From Candidatus Borrarchaeum weybense (GTDB lineage Archaea; Asgardarchaeota; Sifarchaeia; Borrarchaeales; Borrarchaeaceae), in contig JAHQJS010000006.1 of NCBI GenBank assembly GCA_019057385.1, positions 452,938 through 516,937 of the forward strand: DNA of 64,000 nucleotides. The letters are read 5' to 3'. Numbering within the stretch: position 1 is the first letter of the stretch; each line of letters begins with the position of its first letter. The position numbers and the translations under genes were made by a program. Positions 48,533-57,002 of the stretch are shown in pieces. The notes under the pieces were generated by a model. That model made no database searches, had not been told where the DNA came from, and worked only from the letters and a program-made list of their open reading frames with translations.

Positions 48533-49294
48533 TCATTTTGGTGGTCTTTCTCGCATGATAGCATATAATGAAGGCGGTTTAGGCGTACATTCAAGTTCTA
48601 CACGAATTGGATACGTTGAACCAACGGCATGACTTTTTTCAAGTCCATCCATGATTTCGTCAATTTTCTCTGTCGGAATGCCGAAAATAAGTTCGCTGTC
48701 CGCAGCCATGCCAAATCTTCTCGTTCCGTAGCAAGGAAACGCAATATTCACATCATTTCTAAGATAAGTATCAGCTATCCCTTCGGCACAGGTTCCGCCC
48801 TCTGCAGCAGTGGTAAATGACAGCCTTTCACCAGTTTTCCAGGTAGCGGCATGAATCAATCTTGTCATTTGGGCAGGATTGGCAAATAATAAAATTAGAT
48901 CTGGCTCAAGAGGTGTTTTCGCTAATGGTGCGGTAACAATAGCTTCGAAAGAGCCCGTTCCAATTTTTGGAATATTCCCTATAAGGTTAGATGAGGCTTC
49001 TATGTCTTCTACTCTAGCTCCAGCACGCCTTTCTCCAGATATCATATCTTCTGGCCAATCTGCGAATCCTAATACTGACTGCGCATAAGAACAGATTATT
49101 TCCTCCATTCCGCCAGCTATTACTCTTTCGTGAATTCGTGAAAGGGCAACCATTTGACAGACTGTAAGACGGATTTTCGGCCGTTCAACTTCTGCAGGGA
49201 TTTCATCCTTATTTTTCAATAATTTTACAGCAACTGGTGTTGTTCTCAATCTTAAAAGTCGGATTACTCGTTCCTGAATACCTTCACAATCCAT
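48533..49294 (-). CDS. DUF169-family protein
   Basis: PVAVK, CQMV..R, C..A..LG, PD, GTC, PCYGTR. Confidence 0.8.
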   Translation of the reverse strand: MDCEGIQERVIRLLRLRTTPVAVKLLKNKDEIPAEVERPKIRLTVCQMVALSRIHERVIAGGMEEIICSYAQSVLGFADWPEDMISGERRAGARVEDIEASSNLIGNIPKIGTGSFEAIVTAPLAKTPLEPDLILLFANPAQMTRLIHAATWKTGERLSFTTAAEGGTCAEGIADTYLRNDVNIAFPCYGTRRFGMAADSELIFGIPTEKIDEIMDGLEKSHAVGSTYPIRVELECTPKPPSLYAIMRERPPK

Positions 49295-49436
49295 ATTTTC
49301 ACCTCAATTAATGAGCAGATGTAGGTCTATAAAGAGAACTAATTGGGTGAAACACCTTCAAGAATAAAAATGTAATATATCAAAAAGTAGCAGTTAATAT
49401 CATCAAGATTTTATAAAAGGGGCGCATCCCCCTTCG

Positions 49437-49472
49437 TCACTTTCCTACAAGGTGTTTATAAGGAAAGATCAT
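49437..49472 (-). ncRNA. Eukaryote-like SECIS element (3' UTR of HesB-like selenoprotein gene)
   Basis: ATGA-TCTTTCCTTAT-AAA-CACCTTGT-AGGAAAG-TGA; stem CTTTCCT/AGGAAAG. Confidence 0.85.
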
Positions 49473-49508
49473 TCGTTTTTAATCATTTAAATCAGAAATG
49501 GCTTTAGT

Positions 49509-49844
49509 CTATTTTTGGATGTATAATTGTTTCGTCAAACCGCGGACATCGACTATAACCTTTTCAGGAAGGAATGCCTGCACTTTAGGATCCATATAGA
49601 TGGAAAGTTTGCTGACTTTTCCAATAAGAGAAAGTCGATTATTTGTTTTTGTATCCTTTTCTGGAACAAGGGCAACTTCTGGGGTGGCTGTACAGGTTTT
49701 AGATCACTTTCCCGAGACATTGAGCCAGAATACCAATGCAAGGTTACCGCTTTTCCGCAGTTTGTCTGAGAGCCATTTTCTAGCCTTCTGAGACAGACTT
49801 ATCTTTAAGGAAACCACCTCTTCTTTTTTACGTTTCAGTTTCAT
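49509..49844 (-). CDS. HesB-like / CC-Se-motif-like selenoprotein (Sec codon 47 at 49704-49706)
   Basis: 111-aa frame with one internal TGA: KISLSQKARKWL..VSGK-U-SKTCTATPEV..SIYMDPKV; downstream SECIS; tRNA-Sec in window. Confidence 0.75.
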
Positions 49845-49983
49845 AATCGTCCTTAACTTAAATGCTGCTTATTCTAACTATATAAATATTGACGACACGT
49901 GCAAATCACTAAAAATTTGAACTTAGTTGTTAGTGAACCACCCTTTTATTATTGAATTGAGTTTAAAAGATTAGGGATTTGTC

Positions 49984-51402
49984 ATGCAATCACCTCTGAT
50001 TCTTGTGGATTACTTAGACAGGCACACTAGGTGGATTTCAACTCTTGTCGTGGATGATAGTTTTCTTTATACAGGATCTGAGGATGAAACAATCAGAATT
50101 TGGGACAAAAAGCGATTAGAAGCAATTGCTGTGCTTAAGAGTCATAATAGTACTATATGGGGTGTTTTCGTTGATGACCAATTTATTTATTCGGCTTCTG
50201 GTGATGCAACTATTCATATTTGGAACAAACAGGATCTTAGTCGCGTTCATGTATTGAAGGGCCATGAACTATGGATAAATACTGTTTTTGTAGATGACAA
50301 GTACATTTATTCTGGCTCAGGGGATAATACAATCAGAATATGGGAAAAAAAAGATTATGAGTTAGTTGCTGTCTTGGAGGATCATGACACTGTAGTTAAT
50401 AGCATAACTGGTGATCATAAATGGATTTATTCAGGAGCTGAGGACGATATTATTATCTGGAATAAAAGAACTCTTAAACCAATTAAGAGAATTTCAGGAG
50501 ATTTAAAGGTAATTTTTAGACTACACCTAGATGACAAATTCTTGTATGCTGCTTGTCAAAATGAGAAGGTGCATATTTGGGACAAAAAAACTCTTCAACT
50601 CATAGGAACTCTCGAAGGTCATATGAAGCCAGTCACGGATGTTGCTACAGACGATAATTACATCTATTCCTGTTCTTCAGACGAGACGGTTCGTATTTGG
50701 AATAAGCAAACGTTAGAGCAAGTTCACGTTGAGAAAGTTCGTGGATGGGTTCATGGTGTTGCAATTGACGATAATCATATCTATTTTGGAGCTGATTCAA
50801 AACTTTATGTTTTGGACAAAAAGACATTTCGCTTGAAAAAGGACCATAAACAATTCTATGGCGATTCCTATTTTAGCTACAGAGTTTTTGCAGATCATCA
50901 GTACATCTATTCAGCCCAGTGTATTAAAGAAGAATCAATTATGCGTATTTGGGATAGAAATTCTTTGGAATTTGTTGATAATACTTCTGTATGGGATGCC
51001 TGGGTTAGTGACGCATTTTCAGATGAAAAGTTTGTTTATTTTGTTGCCAACTCGTTTTTCGATAAATTTGATATTAAAAACTTAAGTATGATTGAAAGGA
51101 AATCTGTCTACGATTTAAACATTGAAGAATTCAAAAAAACCCTACTAAAAGATAAGACTATTTTGTCTGCTTTTCCAGTAGGAGCAAGCAAAATCGTAGT
51201 TGCTCGGTTTACTAAAAAAGAGTTACAAACTCTCCATGAAAAGTCATTAATTTTTTCCCAGGGAGTTGTTATCGAAGATCAAGAGGCTGACGTTGTCATC
51301 ATTGTTCCTGCACAATCTTTGGACGAAAAAATCATAAAACAACTTCCGCAAAGTTGGTTAAAACGGATAAAAAAAGCAAAAGAGAACGTCCGTCCAAAAT
51401 GA
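49984..51402 (+). CDS. WD40-repeat protein
   Basis: Repeated GH..V..DD..IYSGSxDxTIRIW. Confidence 0.92.
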   Translation: MQSPLILVDYLDRHTRWISTLVVDDSFLYTGSEDETIRIWDKKRLEAIAVLKSHNSTIWGVFVDDQFIYSASGDATIHIWNKQDLSRVHVLKGHELWINTVFVDDKYIYSGSGDNTIRIWEKKDYELVAVLEDHDTVVNSITGDHKWIYSGAEDDIIIWNKRTLKPIKRISGDLKVIFRLHLDDKFLYAACQNEKVHIWDKKTLQLIGTLEGHMKPVTDVATDDNYIYSCSSDETVRIWNKQTLEQVHVEKVRGWVHGVAIDDNHIYFGADSKLYVLDKKTFRLKKDHKQFYGDSYFSYRVFADHQYIYSAQCIKEESIMRIWDRNSLEFVDNTSVWDAWVSDAFSDEKFVYFVANSFFDKFDIKNLSMIERKSVYDLNIEEFKKTLLKDKTILSAFPVGASKIVVARFTKKELQTLHEKSLIFSQGVVIEDQEADVVIIVPAQSLDEKIIKQLPQSWLKRIKKAKENVRPK

Positions 51403-51554
51403 AGAAATATTGAACATTTAAAATTCAGAAGGTCTTCTCTAAAATGTCTAACGCTATATTAATTTTTCTAATAAGTCTTATTAGAAAAACTTATATTTAT
51501 TCTTCTCATAGTTCACGCGTATGATTTACAGATTCTATATCAATGGTGTAAATA

Positions 51555-52838
51555 ATGTCTGATAAAAAACGACAAATGTGGCAGGATCTTGACATGGATT
51601 TAGAAACGCATGACATGTTGTTAGATGCATTGCCAGGGCTTTATGAAAAAATCTACTTATCTCAATCGAACAGACCTGAAGGGATGGGATTCTATGATTT
51701 AGTTGTCTCAGATATTCATGGAATTCGTCCTAAAGAACTTGTAGATGCGAAAAAAGCGGGTAATAAAATCATAGGAGCGTTTTGTGTCTATGTTCCTGAA
51801 GAAATTGTCTTGGCATTGGATGCAATCCTAGTAGGTCTTTGTGGAGGTACAGAGTTTTCTATGCCCGCTGCTGAGGAATATCTACCTCGAAACTTGTGTG
51901 CCCTCATCAAGTCATCATTGGGATTCAAGGTACAAAAGACGTGTGCATACTACCAAGTCTGCGATTTAATCATTGGAGAAACAACTTGCGAGGGTAAGAA
52001 GAAAATGTTCGAAATTCTTGAAGAACACACACCCATGTACGTCATACAAATGCCTCCAAAGCCAGATCAAGCCAATTCCAAAGAATTTTGGTTGCAAGAA
52101 ATGAAAAACTTAATCGTAAAACTCGAAGAAATAACAGGTAATGAACTCACAGCCGAAAAATTAAAGGAAGGCATAAGACTTGTGAATGAAAAGAGAACGG
52201 CATTGCAAAGGATTGCTGAGACGCGAAAGGAGCATCCACCACCAATTAGCGGTAAAGATGCACTTTTAGTGACACAAGTTGCATTTTACGATGATGTGGC
52301 GAGAGCAACTCAAAAAGCAACAGAACTTTACGAAGAACTTCAGGACAGGATTAAAAATGGAGTATCTGGCGTTGATCCAAGTGCAAAGCGAATAATGATT
52401 TCTGGGACTCCCATGGCGATTCCAAACTGGAAAATGCACGATATCGTTGAAACAAGTGGTGGTGTGGTTGTCATCGAGGAAAATTGTACAGGAGCAAGAT
52501 ATTATAGTAAAATCATGGATGTTGATAGTTTGCCAGATGATCTTAATGAACTCATTACAGCTCTTGCAGATAGATATCTAGACCTTGATTGTGCCTGTTT
52601 CACACCTAACGATCCACGATTAGAAAACATTCTAAAATATGCTGAAGAATTCAAGGTAGATGGAGTTATCTATTATTGCCTTCAAAACTGTCTTACGTAT
52701 AGTATTGAAGTATACAAAGCAGAACGAGCGTTGAAGGAAAAAGGTATTCCATTTCTAAAGATTGAGACGGATTATGGCACCGAAGACGTCGGCCAGCTTT
52801 ACACAAGAGTTGAAGCCTTTATTGAAATGCTTAAATAA
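51555..52838 (+). CDS. Double-cubane cluster protein (DCCP; 2-hydroxyacyl-CoA dehydratase family)
   Basis: NRPEGM..DIHGIR, FCVYVPEE, LCGG, RNLC, ETTCEGK, ENCTG, CACF, KIETDY. Confidence 0.88.
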   Translation: MSDKKRQMWQDLDMDLETHDMLLDALPGLYEKIYLSQSNRPEGMGFYDLVVSDIHGIRPKELVDAKKAGNKIIGAFCVYVPEEIVLALDAILVGLCGGTEFSMPAAEEYLPRNLCALIKSSLGFKVQKTCAYYQVCDLIIGETTCEGKKKMFEILEEHTPMYVIQMPPKPDQANSKEFWLQEMKNLIVKLEEITGNELTAEKLKEGIRLVNEKRTALQRIAETRKEHPPPISGKDALLVTQVAFYDDVARATQKATELYEELQDRIKNGVSGVDPSAKRIMISGTPMAIPNWKMHDIVETSGGVVVIEENCTGARYYSKIMDVDSLPDDLNELITALADRYLDLDCACFTPNDPRLENILKYAEEFKVDGVIYYCLQNCLTYSIEVYKAERALKEKGIPFLKIETDYGTEDVGQLYTRVEAFIEMLK

Positions 52839-52889
52839 TAGACTATCTCCATTTTTTTCTAATAAGTCAATCTACTTATCTCCATTCGG

Positions 52890-53687
52890 GTGATATACGT
52901 GGTGCTGACGATCGGCATAGACATAGGATCTATAAGTACAAAAGGCGTTTTATTAAATGGTGACATAATAATTGCCAAAGAACTTACCAAATCAGGTGCA
53001 AATCCAAAAGTAATTGCAGAAGATCTCATATATCGATTAATAGAGCATGATGGAATATCAAAAAAGGATATAGGCTATATCCTAGCCACAGGTTATGGTC
53101 GATTATCTGCGGATTTTGCTGATAAGACAATTACAGAAATTACATGTCATGCAAAAGGCGCCTTTGCTTTGAATCGAGATATTCGGACGGTTATTGATAT
53201 CGGAGGACAGGATTCCAAAGTAATTAAAGTTGATGAATTCGGAAATGTAGTTGACTTTGAGATGAATGACAAATGTGCGGCAGGTAGCGGTAGATTTCTC
53301 GAAGTCATGGCAGGCGCACTAGAAATTGATTTGCACGAGATGGGTAAAATATCCTTAAAGAGCAACAATCCATCATCAATTTCAGCCATGTGCACTGTTT
53401 TTGCTGAATCTGAAGTGATCTCTCTCCTCGCGAAGGGCGAAAAGGTGGAGGACATTGTAGCAGGAATTCATGATTCGATTACTAAAAGAATCTTAGGCAT
53501 GGTTCGAAGACTTAAACTAGAGAAAGCAGTTATTTTTTGCGGAGGCGTCGCAAAAAATGATGGAATGGTTTATTCTCTTAAAAAAGTATTAAAAACAGAT
53601 CTTTTTGTTCCAGATAATCCTCAATTTGCTGGAGCATACGGTGCTGCAATTTTAGCAAGAGAGTTCTATAATAATGGTAAATCTTAG
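52890..53687 (+). CDS. ATP-dependent activase/reductase (ASKHA; DCCP-R/HgdC-like)
   Basis: GIDIGS, TGYGR, DIGGQD, MNDKCAAGSG, CTVFAESE. Confidence 0.92.
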   Translation: MIYVVLTIGIDIGSISTKGVLLNGDIIIAKELTKSGANPKVIAEDLIYRLIEHDGISKKDIGYILATGYGRLSADFADKTITEITCHAKGAFALNRDIRTVIDIGGQDSKVIKVDEFGNVVDFEMNDKCAAGSGRFLEVMAGALEIDLHEMGKISLKSNNPSSISAMCTVFAESEVISLLAKGEKVEDIVAGIHDSITKRILGMVRRLKLEKAVIFCGGVAKNDGMVYSLKKVLKTDLFVPDNPQFAGAYGAAILAREFYNNGKS

Positions 53688-53781
53688 AATTTTGCAAATA
53701 AAAGTAATTTTATAATCTAACTCCAGTTATCCGAATATGACTTTCTGTAGAATTTTCTGATAGAGCGTATTTGGGGTTTGT

Positions 53782-54453
53782 ATGCAGAGGAAAAAATGGG
53801 CCAAAGAAATCGCTGAGCGACTGATAAAAGAATACGGACAGAATAGAAAGGAATCTTTGGAACCTTTTGACGAACTAATCCGAACTATTCTATCTCAAAA
53901 CACTTCTGATGTGAACTCAGAACGAAGTTATAAACAACTAGCAGAGAAATTTTCGACCGTTAAGGCATTGGCTACTGCTTCTCTTAATGAAATTGAAGAA
54001 GCAATCAAAATAGGTGGTTTATATCGTCAGAAGGCAAAACGAATTAAGAGTATTGCTCAATTGGTCTTAGAGAAATATATATCCCTCTCTTTTTTGAAAG
54101 ATATGAATACTGATGAGGTTCGGAAATTTCTAAACAATATAGATGGGGTTGGGGCAAAAACAGCAGACTGTGTATTATTATTTTCTTTAAAGCGCCCGGT
54201 AATTCCAGTTGACACTCATGTTTGGAGAGTCTCAAAAAGATTAGGACTTGTTAAGGACAAGAAAAGCAAAAAAGTCACAAGAGAGATGGCAGGACGTGTT
54301 CTTGAGAAATTAATCGAATCAGATCTCCGATATGACTTTCATGTTGACTTAATTCTTCATGGGCGAAAGATTTGCAAAGCTCAAATCCCCTTGTGTAAAA
54401 AATGTATTTTGGAAGATTTGTGCGAAAAAAATGGAGTCAAAAACAAAGGATAA
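53782..54453 (+). CDS. nth: Endonuclease III (HhH-GPD, 4Fe-4S)
   Basis: LSQNTSD, GVGAKTA, PVDTHV, C-x6-C-x2-C-x5-C. Confidence 0.9.
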   Translation: MQRKKWAKEIAERLIKEYGQNRKESLEPFDELIRTILSQNTSDVNSERSYKQLAEKFSTVKALATASLNEIEEAIKIGGLYRQKAKRIKSIAQLVLEKYISLSFLKDMNTDEVRKFLNNIDGVGAKTADCVLLFSLKRPVIPVDTHVWRVSKRLGLVKDKKSKKVTREMAGRVLEKLIESDLRYDFHVDLILHGRKICKAQIPLCKKCILEDLCEKNGVKNKG

Positions 54454-54506
54454 GCGCAAAAGTTGTCATAACAAGAAAGAAGGTAAAAGGGGGCGGCCCT
54501 TTTTTT

Positions 54507-54543
54507 TCAGCTATACTACCCATGCGTTTCAGTATAGCCTCAT
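54507..54543 (-). ncRNA. Eukaryote-like SECIS element overlapping the stop codon of the PDO selenoprotein gene
   Basis: ATGA-GGCTATACTG-AAA-CGCATGGG-TAGTATAGC-TGA; 9-bp stem GCTATACTG/TAGTATAGC. Confidence 0.88.
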
Positions 54544-55220
54544 TCTTTACCTTCTGATAACAGTTTATTCACGAATTTGTCTAAGTTTGGTACGCCCACA
54601 AATGTCCTTTCTTCATTAATGACTGTAGCAGGGACACCGGACACGCCGTATTTTCTAGCGAGATCTTGATGTTCGTAGGCTTCGATTGTATCGGAGATGA
54701 CTTTTCCTTCGGACTCTATGGATATCTGGTTTGCTAGTAGTACAGAAGCTGGACAGAATGGTCAATCCCCCACAAGTGAGGAATAATCTTCTTCACATGT
54801 TGTAGGTGTGACCACTGTCCGAACTACCACTGGTTTCTGGATCTCTATCAGTTTTTCTTTTAAATGTCCTAAATCTGTGGTTTGAGTTGAAACCATTACA
54901 AGTGTTTGAATAAATGCCGCAAATTCTCCTCCGGCGGGTATGCCTGTGTATCGTATTCCAGTCAATTCTCCTCCTGATTCTATACGAATAGTGGGAGGGT
55001 ATTCAACTTCGTATTTTGCTGCTAACTCCTTTTGAGTGTCGAGCGAGATCTCTTCAACTGTAATTTTGTCAGTAAGTTCAGTGAGTGTCTTACAGATTTC
55101 AATGGTATCGGCACATGCTGGGCAGTGGATATCTGATGTGAAAACCTTTAGCGAAATAGGGTTTTCTAGTTTCTCTAATTCCCGTCTGAGTTGAGACCTT
55201 CCAGAAGGTGAGATCAACAA
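54540..55220 (-). CDS. Protein-disulfide oxidoreductase (double thioredoxin fold) selenoprotein with CPAC and UPFC active sites
   Basis: Frame continues 73 aa past TGA 54762-54764 (PFCPASVLLANQISIES..GVPATVIN..FVGVP), colinear with paralog 57003-57635 in which CPHC aligns to UPFC; SECIS downstream. Confidence 0.88.
54766..54801 (-). other. 36-nt in-frame insert, candidate BHB/BHL mRNA intron
   Basis: Absent from the paralog; flanked by GTGGTCA/TGACCAT helix, 3-nt bulges ACA and GAT, internal hairpin; removal gives VTPT-U-PFC. Confidence 0.5.
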
Positions 55221-55254
55221 AATTCTCTCCTTTATGGATTTATAATACTCTCTG

Positions 55255-56615
55255 CAAGAAGACCCCCAACTTGTTGGGGGGATGAATTGAGTATTTTACG
55301 TTTTTCACTTTCACAGTAGTGTCCCCCAGCTTTAAATAGGTTTTTGCGTATAGTAACTCTCGTGATATGAATTTTCAGGGGAACACAGGGATACGTATGA
55401 TGACACGGACGTACAAATATCGCTTGTATCCAACCACACAACAGGCAACTACGTTAACGCAATGGCTGACCACCTGTCGTTGGTTGTACAATACCTCGCT
55501 TGCTGAACGCCGAGATGCTTGGCATACTCACCAACACTCAGTCAGCTATTATGAGCAAGCCACCCAACTACAAGTCGTAAAAAAGACTAATCCGTTTTTG
55601 AAGGCGGTGCATTCTCAGGTGCTCCAAGATACACTTAGAAGACTGGATAAGACCTTCCAGAACTTTTTTAGGCGTCTTAAGAAGGGGGAAAAACCAGGTT
55701 ACCCACGCTTTAAAGGGCAATACCGATATGATTCCTTCACTTACCCGCAAAGTGGGTTCTCACTGGAAAAGAACAACAAGAAACTCCGGCTCTCGAAAAT
55801 TGGACGTATCACCATTACACTCCACCGTCCGATACCTACTGAAGGCGTGATCAAGACCTGTACCATTACACGCGATGTCGACCACTGGCATGCCTGTTTT
55901 GTAGTAGAACTGCCTGATCCCGCTCTTCACACTCAGAAAAGAGCCATAAAGAAGGCGATAGGGGTGGATGTCGGGCTTAAGAGTTTACTGACGTGTAATA
56001 ACGGAGATACCATCGCTAACCCCCGTTGGTTAAGACACTCGGAGAAGAAAGTAGCCAAAGAACAGAGAAGAAAAGATAGAAAGGTTAAGGGCTCAAATAA
56101 CCGTCACAAGCAGAACAGGAAGGTAGCACGGTTACACCGGAAGATACGTAACCAACGGAAGGACTTTCATCACAAGCTTAGTCGAACACTGGTCGATACT
56201 TATGACCTAATAGTGTATGAAAACTTAACGATTACCAACATGGTGAAGAACCATCATGTAGCCAAGTCGATTAGTGATGCGGGCTGGGGACAACTGATGT
56301 GTTTTACCGAGTACAAAGCGGAGGAAGCTGGTACTCTGGTAGAATATGTGAGTGCCTATAATACCACACAATTGTGTAGTAGGTGTGGGAGGATTGTGCC
56401 GAAAACACTGGCAACCCGCATCCACCGCTGTCCTTACTGTGGTCTTGATGTAGCACGAGATCATAACTCGGCCATCACGATTTTACACCGATCACGCAAC
56501 TATGTAGCATCACGATCATCATCAGGGCAGGAACTGCCCGTAGAGCCTGTTTGACATGTCCCGTTGGGGAATGGATGATTCAGGAAGCCAGCCTACTTGT
56601 AGGGTGGTAGTTCAC
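55255..56615 (+). mobile_element. IS200/IS605-family element carrying tnpB only (IS1341-like)
   Basis: Left end CAAGAAGACCCCCAACTTGTTGGGGGGATGAATTG; right end CAGGAAGCC..GGTAGTTCAC; no tnpA; exact left boundary uncertain by a few nt. Confidence 0.9.
55397..56554 (+). CDS. tnpB: RNA-guided endonuclease TnpB
   Basis: TYKYRLYP HTH, GYPRFK, RuvC D (GVDVG), E (YENL), Zn finger CSRC/CPYC, D (RDHNSA) all intact. Confidence 0.95.
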   Translation: MMTRTYKYRLYPTTQQATTLTQWLTTCRWLYNTSLAERRDAWHTHQHSVSYYEQATQLQVVKKTNPFLKAVHSQVLQDTLRRLDKTFQNFFRRLKKGEKPGYPRFKGQYRYDSFTYPQSGFSLEKNNKKLRLSKIGRITITLHRPIPTEGVIKTCTITRDVDHWHACFVVELPDPALHTQKRAIKKAIGVDVGLKSLLTCNNGDTIANPRWLRHSEKKVAKEQRRKDRKVKGSNNRHKQNRKVARLHRKIRNQRKDFHHKLSRTLVDTYDLIVYENLTITNMVKNHHVAKSISDAGWGQLMCFTEYKAEEAGTLVEYVSAYNTTQLCSRCGRIVPKTLATRIHRCPYCGLDVARDHNSAITILHRSRNYVASRSSSGQELPVEPV

Positions 56616-56635
56616 GTTAGTGACTTGAACATCAT
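56520..56635 (+). ncRNA. Putative TnpB reRNA/omegaRNA scaffold plus guide (guide starts 56616, GTTAGTGACTTGAACA)
   Basis: GGGCAGGAACTGCCC hairpin overlapping tnpB 3' end through the right-end hairpin; boundaries approximate. Confidence 0.65.
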
Positions 56636-56646
56636 GCTGTCAAAGA

Positions 56647-56905
56647 GTGAACTAGCCTACAACACGTTAAATAATCTTCATATGGAGGATATATAGAATT
56701 GCAGCCAACTCTAATAGACTCTTAGCATGTTGAAATTAGACTAACTTACCTAAAACTAAGCAAGAAAGCAACAAAGCTTCAGCGTGAGGTAGTCCACCTA
56801 AAACTAATTAAAGTCTTATGAGTTAGTTATCAGGTATCTTGAATCAAGGTTCTTGAAGTTTTCTAGCAAAAAAGAAAATGGAATATTTTTAGGATAGTAG
56901 TTCAC
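56647..56905. mobile_element. Cluster of degenerate IS200/IS605 end remnants
   Basis: GTGAACTAG (56647, inverted), CAAGAAAGC..GTAGTCCAC (56761-56797), GTAGTTCAC (56897-56905). Confidence 0.5.
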
Positions 56906-57002
56906 TTCTACCTAAACCGGAGATAACGAGAAAGTCCAAATTGTCCTAAAATTGGCTTTGAGACCATCTTTTGTCTATATCTTCTATTCTTTTAGTGTAA
57001 TC

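Noticed and set aside
49527-49791. Three short track ORFs (49527+, 49553-, 49600+)
   Set aside because: Shadow frames of the UGA-containing gene 49509-49844.
54540-55220. Pseudogene interpretation of the PDO (premature TGA)
   Set aside because: TGA aligns to the catalytic Cys, the downstream frame is intact and conserved, and SECIS plus tRNA-Sec are present; a recently insertion-damaged allele cannot be fully excluded.
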